A stretch of 64,000 nucleotides of DNA from assembly GCA_964187785.1 (NCBI GenBank), contig OZ076409.1, positions 51,462,001-51,526,000 on the forward strand, in the 5' to 3' direction. Shown piece by piece: positions 12,870 to 26,475 of the stretch. A program made the translations under genes and the position numbers. The first letter of the stretch is position 1, and each line of letters opens with the position of its first letter. This DNA is from Amphiscolops sp. MND2022 (lineage: Eukaryota). The notes under the pieces are model-generated. The model did no database searches. It was not told the origin of the DNA and saw only the letters and a program-made list of their open reading frames with translations.

Positions 12870-15800
12870 CATTTCATCAATAATTTAGGTGCCTTTGATT
12901 CTCTGATGATGACTCTTGTTGCCGTCACGTCCACTAGACCGATGTCCGTTTGGAGGAGGTAGCGACGCAAGAGAAGATCTTCGGCTCCAATGTGATCAGC
13001 GAATACTATGAAGTTGCCTTTAAGGGTGTGCACCCCCAGTTGCAATTCGACTTCTTCCGCTATACCAATGATGTAGATGATGTTGCCGTTGGGAGCGTAG
13101 AGTTCGACGACGTATGGTAACAGGCTAAGGACGTGTGGAGAAGCGATCTTTTGTTAGGATCTAAAAGAGGGGATGGTGTCTGCAGATCCTATGTCAACCG
13201 TGCAGTACAGTGGTCTAGGCTCCTAAGGGTTGTCTCAAATGCGGCAACTACTGAAGAGGCCCTCTCGTTGCTCCGAGGTTCTTCTATGGAGTCTTGGACG
13301 CCTAGGTTGTAGCACCTTAGTCCTCGTCTTCCAACACACTTGCGGGAAGCGTTCTTCGGGACTACTACCGAATCAAATTCATGTCGACGCTCTCGACATT
13401 GATTGCTACTTGAATCGGAGCTGCAGTCATTACTTTTGCACAGCAGCTAACTTCGTCTCGTTGTCTTTTATTGAAGAGTGGAAGCGTTCATGACGTTGTT
13501 TTGTACTTGGTGGTTCTACATAGCGCTTCCTTCAGTTGAACTGAAGTTAAGTTGAGGCGCATCTTTTGTTCCGCTGAGAGCAGCAAGTATGTACATTTAT
13601 TTGTTTGTTTACTGTTTGGTGCTGGGGCTTCCAGTGTAGTCATTATTTGCTTTCGCCACGAGTAACAACTACTGCGCGAACGAGCCTTGTGCTTCCGTTA
13701 TGGAAAGTACTGAGCTTGAAGCATGCTTGAAGTAGTTGTTCTCGAGAAGCCTTGTCTGCTTGTGTGCTTGCTGTGAAATGCGGTGCCTTATTTGGTCAGT
13801 TAAATGGAATTACATAGTGTTTGGAGGATTGCCGGTACTGGTCGGTACAGGTGGTTCCTCGCACCCGCAAGTACTGTTGGACGGTGATTGTCAATAGTTC
13901 CACCGTTGGTGGTCTTATGGCATATTGGTCTTGCGCATACATCAGGGCTAGGTTACGCTCAAGTTTGTAGTTGAGCACTCCTTCAAAAAATTGCTGCCGC
14001 ATTTCGTGCCGTCGCACACCTACCACCTATTTTGGGAAGCCTTGACTGTGCAAGCCTTCGAATGCGTCCAACTATTACATATGGTCCTCTTCGGTGTTTT
14101 TAGTCGGCGCTTTTCTAGGGAAAAGTGCCCGACTCTTACAGTGGCTAGTTTTTTTTCTTTTTTTTTCGTCAGACCACAGACCTCATCGCGTATGTACCAC
14201 TTTTCACAGACTTCACTCTCGATCACATGTACTCGTCAGTACTCGGTTTACGGTGAACCCAGCGGTCATGGGTTCGAGTCCTTGCTTTTGCCAGAAACTT
14301 TTTCGAGCAATTTTTTTCGGCACTGTGCGAATCTTTCAATTTTTTTTCGACACTGTGCGACCTTTTTTTCGAAATTTTTGTTTGTCGCCAAAGGGTCCCC
14401 CTTCAAGTTTTTTGATTTTTTGCAGCAAACTGAAGTTTCAAAAAGCCCAAAGGGTCCCCCCTTTCTAGTTTTTCGGCACTATGAGACTGTTTCAAAACTC
14501 TCATTTTACGTTTTTTTCGAAAATTTTTCCAAAAAAATTTTTATATTTTTTAAATGTCTCCAAAGGGTCCCCCCTCAACTTTTATGATATTTTGCAACAG
14601 ACTGGATTTTCAAAAAGTGGAAAGGGTCCCCCTTTAACAAATTTTTTAAAAAATGCGCCTTTTTGAGCCTTAGATATAGCGCCGACTTTAGACGTTCCCG
14701 TCTTGTTCTAGTGTGTATTGATCCTGCCATATACTAAGCCAAACAGATACCATGCTTATTGAGCAAATACGTCTTCATCTGTGCTTCGCTTGGATTCTGA
14801 CGTTCGTTATGCAGTCGCTAGCTTCATTGTCTGAAAACTCAGCGATGGTACAATGGCTTAAGTTCTTTCAAAGTATGTAGCCTTTGCTTTTTCTAATAAT
14901 GTTTCAATAACAGCTTCCATTCTTCGATACTTTGTGGGCTTGTTTTTAATTTTTCAAGTCGCTATCATCTGTTCCAAGCCTTTAGGCTATTAGGCAATGC
15001 TGTTGTTATTTCGTTGGCTAAAACTTGTCTTCGCACCGTTCTAGGTGTCTGACATCCAGACGCTTCAATTTCTGTTTCCGTGTTCAATTTTTTTTCGTGC
15101 AAGCCTTTATTTGTGTGCTACTGATCAACGGCCGGGGCAGGCCGTTGTCAAAACAAACTACAGCGGGTTTCGGCCTTGTGTTAGTTGATGGAGAAGTGTC
15201 CTAATGAGAGTTTCCATCCATTGAACAGCTGAAAGCCGTGTAATTATTTCCAGTCGTCGAGATGCCCATTGCAAAGAGGTCGGTGGATACTTCGTCAAAG
15301 GGTCGGTCCCAGTGTGGCAACGTAGCAGCTCGGTGTGAACCATTCGTGGTACTTTACTAGTTTTTTGACGTTCGTTCCTATATGCAGAAGAAAATGGTAA
15401 CGTTGCCTGATATGAATACTCTGATTTAGGCTTGCTGTTTCGCTGAGGTGCAATCTTTCTGTAAAGTTAGTGTTGTTAAGGTAAAGCACTTGCAGATGCT
15501 TATTCATGCGACTCGATGTTCACGGCACTACCGGAGGTTGACTAAAAGAGGTCGCGGATTGTGCGACAGCCTCTTTTACCCCTTGGGATAAGGCTTTCAT
15601 TGTTGCCATGAGCTCTGTCAAGCGGTTGTTCGCATGCGTGTCTCAGCGTTGCATCAGATGTGACAAAGTCTACAGTAGATTGTCAGCTTGACAATTTCGC
15701 TCTTTTGCGAGTAATGTACTTTCCGGCTTGCGATCATCAGTCAATGTCTCTTGGTGCCTTTTCATGTTATTGATTGAAATTATTAACGTTTCTAATTTTT

Positions 15801-16250
15801 TTTCAACAACCGTCTGGCCCGCTGAGCATGGTCGCAACACTGCTCATCCTCGAGTCAAGGACTCAACTGAACTTTGCAGTTGGTCAATGATGGCGCCTGT
15901 GTCTAGGGGCGGCTTGCGGCAGGTAAGCAAAGAGGGTTGTTTTCCGTTACTTGAGTTCCAAGTTCCGCGTTTTGATATTGAACTAAGTCGTGCGCTATGT
16001 ACCCAACTACTGGTATTCTTCTCTTTGTCAATTCTGCTTCGTTTGAGTTGGGAGAGTTGTCCAAACTATCAAAAGAGGCATCCAGTGGAGGCCAAGTCCT
16101 ACGGGGACCCACAACAGCACAATCCCCAAATTTACAGTGTCCAGAATCACCGAGGTATATTCCTCTATTAGCATGGATGACTGCAGTGAGTTCATGCTCA
16201 TAATTTATCTGAATTCCCAATTTTTACTCTGGTCGAACTATTGGAAGTTG
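12870..16250 (-). mobile_element. Decayed Ty3/Gypsy relic (gag and protease region) related to the intact element at 42857-57878
   Basis: Peptides QLGVHTLKGNFIVFADHIGAEDLLL and RRHEMRQQFFEGVLNYKLERNLALMYAQDQY align with the intact polyprotein (QLGGHTLKTNFVVIADHIGSEDFLL; RRYEIMQRFIEGVRSFELKRNLALMYAQEQY). Many stops and frameshifts; boundaries approximate. Confidence 0.85.
14097..14707 (+). mobile_element. Helentron-like non-autonomous element inserted in the Gypsy relic
   Basis: TTTTTAGTCGGCGC...GCGCCGACTTTAGACGTTCCCGTCTTGTT. Internal B-box-like GGGTTCGAGTCC at ~14270. Confidence 0.7.
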
Positions 16251-17460
16251 CTCTTAGTTTTAACAGTAATCATACTTACTCTCAGAGTGGAAAACTGTTG
16301 ATATTTAAACCTTTATTTTTAATAGTGTTACAGGCGTCGTACGTCACTAGTTGTGTTACAAAATTTGTCTTCGACCAATTGAAGTAGGTATCTTGTTTTT
16401 TCGTTGATTTTTGTTTTCGGATTTTGTTTGTAGCTATCAACTCTAAGTGAGAATTCTGGCGCTGTCCATTGTAGCGTTTACGCGAAACTATGTTTTATCC
16501 ATTCGCAGGGCTTGAGAAGTGTGTGATCGAAAACGTTTTGGCTCTCTCAGTTGGTTTTACAGTGAACGCTAAAGTGATCAGCCTCTGAACGTTCCTTCAC
16601 TATTCGTATTGCTCTTCGTCAGTGAGCACAGTGGGGTCAAATGAGGGAGTTTGGAACTGGAGGTATATCTCGGTGGTAAGTTGAGTAAAAAACTCTTATT
16701 GTTAGAGCATCAAAGCGGCTTTTTCAGTTACAAAAGTATTGAACATCCAGAAATAGCGTTACTTTACGAGTCTAAACTCTAGCGGTCTTTCAGAATGGTA
16801 AGGTGTTTTAGTGGCCTTTTGGGAGTCAGTCAGATGTTTAAGGAGTAAGTTTATGCTATGTTGACTGTGTAACCGACTACGATGAAAAATGCGCTTTTCG
16901 CGTATTTCACTATAATGCCTCATGGACCGTTTTCCGTCGGACTGAGATTGTTGGAAGTGTCAAATCGTTACGCAAAACCTTTTGACGAACAGTAACACTG
17001 GCGTTTAGTGTAAGACTGAGGTCGTTGCTGCGTTGAAATAGTACGTCTTCTATGCAAAAGTCAGGAAATCAACTGTTTTTTGTCAAAACGTACGTCCGAG
17101 AAGGATGAAAATCATTTTTGATCTGGCCAGGGAACTGAAAGTGTACCACATGGACTGAAGCGTTGCCGCGCTAAACATGATTGCACTTGAATTGCGCTTG
17201 CTCAACAAAAGTGTTTTCCCACGCACTAGAAAAACACAATAGTGGGTTGCTCGGGCGATATTCGGTGATCCGAAGTGTCAAACCAATGATGTACACTAGA
17301 CACAGTGTTTTGTCAAATTTCACTAGTCAAATTTCATACAAAAGCCCATTTCTCCAAGTCGAGTGTTAGCAGGCTGCTGAAAGAGAACAAATCGTCGAGA
17401 TTTAGTACCGTTTAGTACCGTGTGTACGAAAGTGCAAAAAAGTTGGTGCTGGGATATCCC

Positions 17461-18120
17461 AAAACAAGCCGGGACCGGCCCAAGTCGGCGCCATATCCAA
17501 GGCTCAAAAATAGCAAAAAGACTTCCAAGTGTCAAGTACTCTTTTACAGTACTCGAAAATCGAATATTTTTGAAAAATTTTTTTTCGAAAAAATTTTATA
17601 CTCAAAAAAATGGACGGAGTGGCGCGCCGGGGCTCGCTGGCGCGAGCCCCTGGCGCGCTAATGTCTCACAATGCCGAAAAACTGAAAGGGGGGACCCTTT
17701 GAGGTTTTTCAACATCCATTCTGTCGCAAAACATGAAAAAATTGAAGAAAACAAAAATTTTCATTTTCGGGAAAAAATCTCACAATGCCGAAAAAAACTG
17801 AAAGGGGGGACCCTTTGGAATTTTTCAACATCCATTCTGTCGCAAAACATCAAAAAAATGCAGGGGGGACCCTTTGAGGAAAAAAGCCTCGCAGTGCCGA
17901 AAAAAATGAAAGGGGGGAGTCTTTGGTCTCGCCCGGTATGGTATGTTACACGGAAATACAGGAAAACCTTTTTGTTTCAGTTCGCTAGACCAAATAGTGC
18001 ATTTTGATGCAATAATATTTTGTAGAACTTTTGTAGAACTATTTTGGTCAGTTCGTGTGGATAGAAAAAAAGAGTCACTATAATAGTCGCGTTTCACTTC
18101 ATGAAGCGCCGACTAAAAAA
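17461..18120 (-). mobile_element. Helentron-like non-autonomous element
   Basis: Reverse complement of the same termini (AACAAGCCGGGACCGGCCCAAGTCGGCGCC ... GCGCCGACTAAAAA). GC hairpin at 17622-17658. Confidence 0.7.
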
Positions 18121-18769
18121 TTGCCATGTTCTCAACTAACGTTCTGTTTTTATGTCATTCTTACGCAAATTTTCAGCACAATTTCAGCTGAATTCTCTCA
18201 GAGATCAGTGACGCTAACGCAATGAACTTTGCACCACTACCTTAACTTGTTGTAATCGACACGAGTGTATTTGTTTTGACTTGTTTCTGTTGAGAGAAAT
18301 TTCGACTCGTGTCAGCTATACTACTTTTTGGGTTGCAAGAGTGTCGCAGAAATTGTTCGTTTCTCGCAAAATGCCCACAACCACAACCACAACCACTCGT
18401 GATTTTTGCAATAATACCGTTTTACTTTGTACTAGTTGAGAAAATTTAAACTAAACTTGACAGGTTCCGATTAAGGTCTCCTTGAAAATTTTCATATTGC
18501 TTCCTTTCTCAACAACATATGAGTACAGATTAATCGTTGTAATCGTTACCATTTCACGAGCCTCATTGAGTTTCGAATTGAGATTTGTCCTGGGTCCATT
18601 GAATTCTCTGGTTGCATGATCTCGCTTCTTAATTTTTCATGTTCCCTATGTTGAGTGGATGCTTTTGTCTGCTGCCCGGGCTGGGGGCACATGATGAACA
18701 AAAAGCGTTTTTTTAAACGCTGATTGATGACGTCGTTCTAATTCTGATCAATGAACGAAAAAACCATGT

Positions 18770-19537
18770 ACATACGTCTGAAAAAAGGAATAACGTATAA
18801 AGTCCTGAAAAACGCCCAAAACATCCATGAAATTGGAAGAAAACATAAGTCAATTACGATCTAAAACTAAAAAGTGATATGAAGTATAAAACGTGCCTCG
18901 GATATGTCCCCTTTTTTTGGTGCCCCGCGGCCCCTTGGACCGATTATATTCCCATCTTGCTAACCGAGGTCGAACAGGAGCAAAGACCTAGCCGGAACAG
19001 AGATATTAGTGGGAGCTGGTCTTTGCGCTGGCGAGGGCGAGCGCGCATTCACTGCATATGTCCCACATTACCATTTTTTCGCTTGCAGGAAGTCTTCTTT
19101 AGAAACAGGAAAAACGTCTAAAAGATTGCTATTCCCGGAAAGTGGTTTTTTAGGCGTTATTCCCGTTTTGTATTTAGATGTTATTCCGCAGAACTTCTTC
19201 CCGCTGCCACGTGTTTTGTTGATTTTTTGAAACTTTAGACGTTTTTGCCAATTTTAGACGTTCTTTTTGTTTTTCAGACGTAAATGATGATTTTTTGACA
19301 TTTTAAACGTCTGTCATTTGTAGACGTTATTCCCCTTTTTAGACGTTAATCCGCGTTTAGACGTTATTTCGCTTTTAGACGTTATTCCGCTTTTAGACGT
19401 TATTCCGCTTTTTAGACGTTAATCCCGTTCATATCAGATTTAGAAGTTATTCCTTTAGACGCTCTTCCCGGTGAACTTTTAGAGGTTATTCCCGGTGAAT
19501 GTTTAGACGTTATTTCTTAGACGTTAATCGTGTTCCC
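18770..19537. mobile_element. Foldback-like element with TTAGACGTTATTCC repeat arms and the shared structured core (18891-19067)
   Basis: An 18-19-bp tandem array at ~19320-19530, inverted units at ~18775-18800, and a core homologous to 38171-38360 and 42493-42683. Left end undefined. Confidence 0.6.
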
Positions 19538-20789
19538 ATTTTTCGAAGTCGAAAATCGAGAAAGACTGTCATTCGAACATCGAGAATGATTTTGTCGAGA
19601 TCTCGACAACTCTTGAATTCATTTCCTGATATGTGTCTGTCGTCCATTTAAATATGGTACCGAATGTAGTCACTCTTTTGGGGTTACTGCTTTTGCATTA
19701 GACCGGTATTCAACATTTTTCTGTTGCACAATATTCTCATCCAACAATATGTTCTATATCAGGCTCTGCGCTACTAAATTGTAGGTCTAGAAATTTTTTA
19801 AATGAACAAAACTATTACAATTAATGCTAATAAAGCCAAAATCTGGAATTTAGAATCGATTCAAAACCCTACAAGCATCGCGAATCGAAAGTGGAATTGA
19901 CTGGTGGTTTTAGACGGTCTGAAGAATTGAAGTTGGGATGGAATGGCAAATAATTGAATATGACTCAATTACGTGGAAACGAAACCGAAATCCCGTCTCG
20001 AAGTACTGTGTAATGATGTTTTCGAAACAGATTTTGACAACATAGCAAAGATGTAGTTTAGATGTCAACTTTTCCTGGACGCAGGTAGTTTATCTCCAGT
20101 ATGTTCTCGACTAATTTCCCTTTGGTTCTCTCTGTCACTGATAAAAATCCTTCTTCTGAGGTTTCTGTTTAAACACCGATGGCACTCGCAATTCTGCCGC
20201 TTCCTTTAAGGCGGTTAAAACCTTGAGAAAACAAACACTTTGAGAAAGGAACATTGAGAAAACCTAAACTTTCTTTCTGGCACGACATATTCAACAAATC
20301 CCTCACACCCCTTCCATCAAACAACAATACGCCTTGCACAGTTGCAGACATGATTGAAATCCTGAAAAAAACTCAAAATATCTGTCATCGGTATAGTTCA
20401 CTGTCAGTGGACGTTCGGTAGCATTTTGACAACGGACATAGGTGTGGATATTTTCAAGACTGGAATAAAAATAATCGAAGTCAGGAAACATTAGATATCG
20501 AGGGAGAAAACAACGATCCCAAAATGCTTGCTGATCTATCCGAACTACATCCCTCAGATCGCCTTGAAACCATCATAACTTATCTGAAGACTAATTCACT
20601 CCCTGGATGGAGAAGATCAAAAGTTGAAAGAAAGTCTTAAAAGACGAGAAGAAAGGAACAAAGAAGATGAAATGAGAAAATCAATTAAGTGTAAGTCAAT
20701 TAGTTTTTGTTTTTCTGTACTTTGACGCATCGCTGAGTTCACTCTTGCGTATGCTGCTTGGTGTAGTTGCACAGAAGCTCCTTTTACTT

Positions 20790-23088
20790 ATCCTTGAAAA
20801 TTTCGCACTGTAAAGCCTGCAAGAGAAACATCAGCTCAAAAGACTTTGTCTCCCACTGTCTGGTATGTGGAACTAAAATGCAATTGAACACCACCTGCAC
20901 AGGTCTATCAAACGTTGCACTAATTGGCTACAAAGAACTAGATGGTCGTGTCGCCTTTCTCTGCGACAACTGGTACTATGTCGAAAGTAGAAGAAAAACT
21001 GAGAATTGGACACCAAACAATGTAGTAACAAACTGAATGAAAAACGCGATAGACTAGAGCGGAGTATTGAAAAATCTATGGACACTAGAGAAAAAACTGC
21101 TTCTGAAAAATGCGAAAGTCGCTTTTAAGAAGTTGTTAATACTGTGAATGAGAGAAAAGATTGAACTCAAAGTCGATGCTTTTCCGAAAAGAATTGACTC
21201 GAAGGGTCAGTCTGAGAAACATCACAAAATTTTATCAGGTTGTCAAGCTCTCGCGTACAGGGTCTACCTGAAGCCATGACCGAAAGTAACGAAGAAATCG
21301 ATATACTTGCAAACGAAAAATTGAAAGAGGTAACTTACGAAATAGGAGTTGAAGTCAAAATTGACAAAATTCAGAGACTAGAGAGTTTTGAGAGAGAACA
21401 CACTACTCCAAGATACACAATTGTCACACTGAGCAACAATTGGGACATGCGAATAGTTCTGGCCAAGAGCTCTGAAAAACTAACTAGAATGAAAGAGATG
21501 GGCATACACCTTCTTCCTGCACTTTCCGCCGAAGACGAGAAACGGGAAAACTTGTGCCTAAAAAACAGCGAGAACTCTTGCAAAACGGCATTCTGCTATC
21601 GCTGCTGAAAGTAAGAAACTTCCATTTATTTTTGTACGACAGAAACAATGAGTTGGAACGCATTCGGTCGACGGAGATTGCTTGGCTATCAAACTTACAT
21701 TGCATACTAATCAAGACACGAAGTTTGATTGATACCGAGCGAAGTATTAAATTAGCAACTGCGATTAGTATTAGTCCTTTCGAGGCACTGTGTTTGACAG
21801 AAACATGGATCGTTGCAAATGTGAATGATGCTGAACTATACCTCAATAACTTCAAAAAATTCGCAATGGAAAGAGAACCCACGAAAACCGGTGCTTCAAA
21901 TCATTGTGGAGTACTATTTGCTATCAACAAACACATGCCGGTTTCGAAATTGAACATCAAACTTCAATTGTGTTGCGTAGTTGCGTACTTGTTCAATTGG
22001 AAACGCCAATTCCCATATGCACTTTTTATCATCCTCCAAAAAAGTGTCCATACAGATACACAACTGCCGGTTTTACTCTTTTGACTACTTTTTTGCTTCT
22101 TCATAAGCACACGTCAATTATACTATGCCAAGATTTAGGTTTTCCCACAATCTAATTGGAACGCAAATCAGAACACGAATTGGCAAGAAAATGATATGCT
22201 AATAACATTGGAACAGCCCAACGCCGAAAAGATTGTACATGTTCCAACATGTGGCAGAAACATCCTGTTTGTGGTCAATGCCCATTTTGTCTGCGCAGAA
22301 ATCTATGTAGACACTAGATTTGAAAATGCATGACTTCTCAAACCATAAGCTATTAGCCATGAAAAAGCCAATATTTGAATGCTACTACAGTTTCGGATCA
22401 GCTGATTACGATGCAATTCAAGAAAAATTAAAAACAAGAACATTTCAACAAGTGTGTCATATCAACGTTAACAGGATGAAATTGAATACTGCAACAGTAT
22501 AATAGATCAATTTGTACCGGGAAGAACAGGACATCGACAGAGCTCACCCATTTGGAAGTCCTCGAACACCTCCAATCTTTTGAAACACCTCCAAGCTCAG
22601 CGTGAGCTGTACAAAGCAAAACCGACTTCTTACAGAAAACAGAAGTGAAAGGAGCTGAAAAAGACTTTACTAGAAGAAGCTGAACGTGACAAATCCGAAT
22701 ACCAAAAAGTTTGTTCTGAACCGAAATACCATCTTCTTTTTCAAACATTTCAAGTCTATGAATAAAACTGCCAAGATTCCAGACAAACTAAGACTTGGCG
22801 AGGAAACTGTCTCGAATGTTTAGGAGAAGGTTGAGTTATTCAACCGTTTCTTCAAATCGGCCTTTTCCCTCAACTCTTCTGCTAAGTCAGTAGTTTTAAA
22901 TCCGAACCACGACCAAGAGCCTACACTCACAAACTTTTCCAAATTGAAGAAAAGTATCACGTTGGTTCTTGAGAATGCAGATATTACCAAATCTAGAGGA
23001 CATGAAGCGAAACCTGCTGATTTTTTTTTCAAAAAATAGCTAAACCAAGGAGTCACCATCTGCATCTGATATTTAAAGCGATCAAGCG
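20790..23088 (+). mobile_element. Decayed CR1/L2-like LINE (PHD-finger ORF1 and APE endonuclease), cut by the assembly gap
   Basis: CKAC..CLVC..C..LCDN PHD remnant; RVQGLPE..PRYTIVTL ORF1 motif; APE motifs RSL, LCLTETW, GVLFAIN, YHPP, DLGFPTI, SNH. Multiple disruptions. Confidence 0.8.
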
Positions 23089-23288
23089 NNNNNNNNNNNN
23101 NNNNNNNNNNNNNNNNNNNNNNNNNNNNNNNNNNNNNNNNNNNNNNNNNNNNNNNNNNNNNNNNNNNNNNNNNNNNNNNNNNNNNNNNNNNNNNNNNNNN
23201 NNNNNNNNNNNNNNNNNNNNNNNNNNNNNNNNNNNNNNNNNNNNNNNNNNNNNNNNNNNNNNNNNNNNNNNNNNNNNNNNNNNNNNNN
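23089..23288. other. Assembly gap (200 N)
   Basis: Run of N. Confidence 1.
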
Positions 23289-24139
23289 AATTGGTCAACT
23301 TCTCGCAACTCGGACAGATTTCTAGCAATAATAGGGAAAAAAAAATTTGCAAATGGACAGATTTCTAGCAATAAAAGGGAAAAATAAAAATTTTTGCAAA
23401 ATGTTTGAAAAAGCTCCAAAACTGTTTCAGAAAGCAGTTTGTCCCTTGTAGTGTTAAAGTTTGGTGAAAGGGTTTAAAATAAAACTCGGCTTCATTATTT
23501 CTTTTGCAGTTTGTATGAACTCCTCCTATTTTACACAACATGTTATTCTACTGAGTAACCATTATTTCTCGACTTTTTTCTAATTCTTCGACTTACTTAG
23601 ATGTTTTCAAATTTGTCAGCAATTGCTACTGATGCCATAGAAACCTAGAGAAAACATCTGAGGCATGATATCCAAGGTAAAAAAAGAGCCAGGATTTTAA
23701 AACATGCGTTTCATACAAGTAAAGGCAGTTGAAAATGTTTCGGAAATTATGACGAAAGGAATAAAGTTTACAAAAAAACAAAATGAGAACTATTTTACCA
23801 TTTTAAAAAAAGTCTATCACGTTGACTCAAACATTCTTGTGATGCAATCATATAATTCCTTTGCAAATTCAATATAGTAAAACTGTAAAAGTTTTATATT
23901 CATAATACGATTACCGCCCATCATAAATTAAGTTTTTTTAATATAGTCAATCTAACTATCTAAGTCATGATATTCAAAGTAAAAAGTTGTCAGGATTTTA
24001 AAACAAGCATTTCATACGGGTAAAAGCTTTTAAAATGTTCAGGAAAGATATGAACAAAATTTTCGAGAATGAAAATGAGAACAGTTTTCAACATTAAAAA
24101 AGTTCTAGCAATTTTGTTGAATAATGTTGAATAAAAATC

Positions 24140-25480
24140 ACTGCCTCGGGAACTTCTTGTTTACGTTGATCCAGGCAGCCTTTACCTTGTGGTATATCTT
24201 GTGGGCAGACACTTTTCTCAATTGCGGTTGTAATTCCGTCAAATTAGCTTCAACTTCTGACTTTTGGATTGTCGGTAGTGCCATATGGAAAAAACTGCAT
24301 GCTATTTTTTCTTTCTCTGTCCAAGGCTTTTTAGTACTTATGAATTGTTTCGTTCTTTAATATATAATATTCGTTTTCTCTCTAAAACGGCAGGGGTATT
24401 CGAGGTTTTCGGGGTTTTCGGTGTTTTTGGTGTTTTTGGGGTTTGCGGGGTTCGCGGAAAATCAATACAGTCATCGAGGCTGTTGTCTGAAATGTCCTCG
24501 TCCATGCCGTCGTCGTCTTCTTCTTCTTCTTCAGCTTTCACCCTCTTGCTGAGGGTGCGCTCTCCTCCCGTCTGGTTCTGCAGGCGCGGAGGTGTCGAGC
24601 CAGGATTATGGCTGCAACTGGATATTCGCATTGAGGGCATGGGACACATCTGACCATGTATTTTCTGGACTGTGGTGCTTCGGGGGCGGAAGGGCAACAC
24701 TTCTTCCCATGTCTTGCGTAGTTTGCTGACTGGATTAATTTTCCGCACTTGCTGCACTGGGTCGAGGACCCGACTTTTTTTCTCCTTGGCATCTTTTTTG
24801 GTGGTTTTTGAGCTTGTTTTCGAATTTGAACTCGGTTTGACATTTTCCGCAATTAAATGATGTGGTCGCTTGGCGGTGCATGTGTTTGATGTGGATGCTT
24901 AATCCTCCCGCGGTTCTACAGATCTTCTGGCATTCAGGGCATGTAAGGTCTCTCCGGGTGATTGTCATGTTCCTGAGCGTGTCCTGAGCATTTTCTCTGT
25001 TTCTGTTTCCTCGGCTAGTTTCCCACTTTGCTAGGTGGTCGTTCCGTTTCCGGAATATTTCTTCCCACGTTTGTGGTTGGCCATGAGGACATCTAGATTT
25101 GTGGGGTCAATTCCCGCTTCCTTCACATTCTCTCTTCTTCTTTCCAAGGATCTTTAGTATTTCTGAGTGTTTTCATGCTTTTAATGAATAATATTCGTTT
25201 TTTCTCTGAAGTGGCAGGTGTGGTCGAGGTTTTCGGAGTTTTCGGTGTCTTCGGGATTTGCGGGGTTTGCTGGGTTCGCGGAAAATCAATGTTGTCATCG
25301 AGGCTGTTGTCTGAATTGTCGTCGTCCTTGTCGTCGTCGTCGATGCCGTCGTCGTCGACGTCTTTGTCGTCTTCCAGATTCCTGGCACGCTTTATTGCCG
25401 ATCTGCTTACGTCATGGGTTGAATTCAAGGACGTCCGTTGGTAGTTTCTTGTCTCGGAGTTTCTCTGACGACCTCCTCCT
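24140..25480 (-). pseudogene. Frameshifted C2H2/C2HC zinc-finger protein with a duplicated acidic/TPKT block and Myb-like W motif
   Basis: CPECQK..HIKHMH, CGKC..HQKRC, CSKC..HGKKC and CPQC..HLRAC in shifting frames. The block DDxIDFPRT-(TPK)n-RIL-PW occurs twice (24320-24530 and 25130-25380). Confidence 0.65.
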
Positions 25481-25663
25481 CAGTGCCCTCTTCTTCCTCC
25501 TGCATTTGCTCAGGCTCCTCTGTCACTGTCCGCAGTGTGTTGCTGTATATATTCAATACCGAAATGGTCGGCTTCAGTGACTCCTAAAATCATTAACACA
25601 TTGTGTGAACAAGAAGTAAATTACACAATACGTTAAACACACAAGTTTTGTTTAAAAAATGTT

Positions 25664-26475
25664 CTAAGCAAGAAAATATCCAAGTGAATAAAAATATTCG
25701 ATATAATTACTCTGATAGAGTTTACTGGCCGTGGTCTCTGATTGTGCGGTTTGGGCTAAATGTGCGTCTTTGTGGTTTTGAGACAGTTCCAGCCCGGTCA
25801 TGTGCATCTCCCAGAACCTTCGTACTGGGTATGCATTAAACCGCACCAGGTTTGGATCGTCCTGGAACAGTTCTGTGAAAGTGTCGCAGATTAAATAGGA
25901 CATTTTGGTCTGCTGCCGGGACTTGGTGTTGGGGAACATGAGGGAAGGTATTGTGGGGTACTCGCTCATCATCTTTTCCCTCATTTCGTCCAAGAACGTG
26001 ATCTGGTCTGCCTCAATCATGACAGCAACGTCATAGTATTTCGCAGTCTTGTGGTCGCTGGTTTCATAGACGTGTCCAGTTTTCTAGTGGGAGTCGAAGC
26101 ACTCCCACGTCACGTTCAATATGGGACCAGGCCTGACGTTGAGGCTACATTGAAGAAGAAAGAAGCTGAGAGCTTTCAGTGTACTCGTCGACAATTTTTC
26201 CTTTTTCAAGTCCCGTTCCAGCATCTCAATGACTTGCTGCTGTCTCTTTGTGGCTTGGTTGACTGGGCACGCGGGACAAGTTGTCTTTCTTGCTTTCTTT
26301 GGAAAAACGGGTGCAAACTTTCTTGATGCATCTCTCAGCGCCTTCTGCATAGTCGAAAAGGAGAATTCCTTTTTCAATTGCCTTTTCTCGTATGTGTGGC
26401 AGTAGTCAAGGAAAACCTTATAGTGCGACATGTACTAATTTGTTTTGCTCGGTTCCCATTGTCTTCTGAGGTCAA
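25664..26475 (-). pseudogene. Tyrosine recombinase (Crypton/PLV-type) with one in-frame stop in the catalytic domain
   Basis: ORFs 26084-26431 and 25664-26020 are in the same frame across a TAG: LNVRPGPILNVT..SDHKTAKYY..LMFPN..NAYPVRRFW..QTAQSETTASKLY, giving the R, K, xxR, (H>Q)S..TA..Y catalytic pattern. Confidence 0.75.

Noticed and set aside
13991..18097. Long F/K-rich ORFs (198 aa, 195 aa and similar)
   Set aside because: They arise from the low-complexity interior of the Helentron-like repeats.
19320..19530. Short-repeat array resembling CRISPR
   Set aside because: Tandem units with no unique spacers and no cas genes, in eukaryotic context.
19800..20500. Fragmented minus-strand reading frames
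   Set aside because: Multiple stops and no identifiable family.
22820..23419. ORFs spanning the N run
   Set aside because: Artefacts of the assembly gap.
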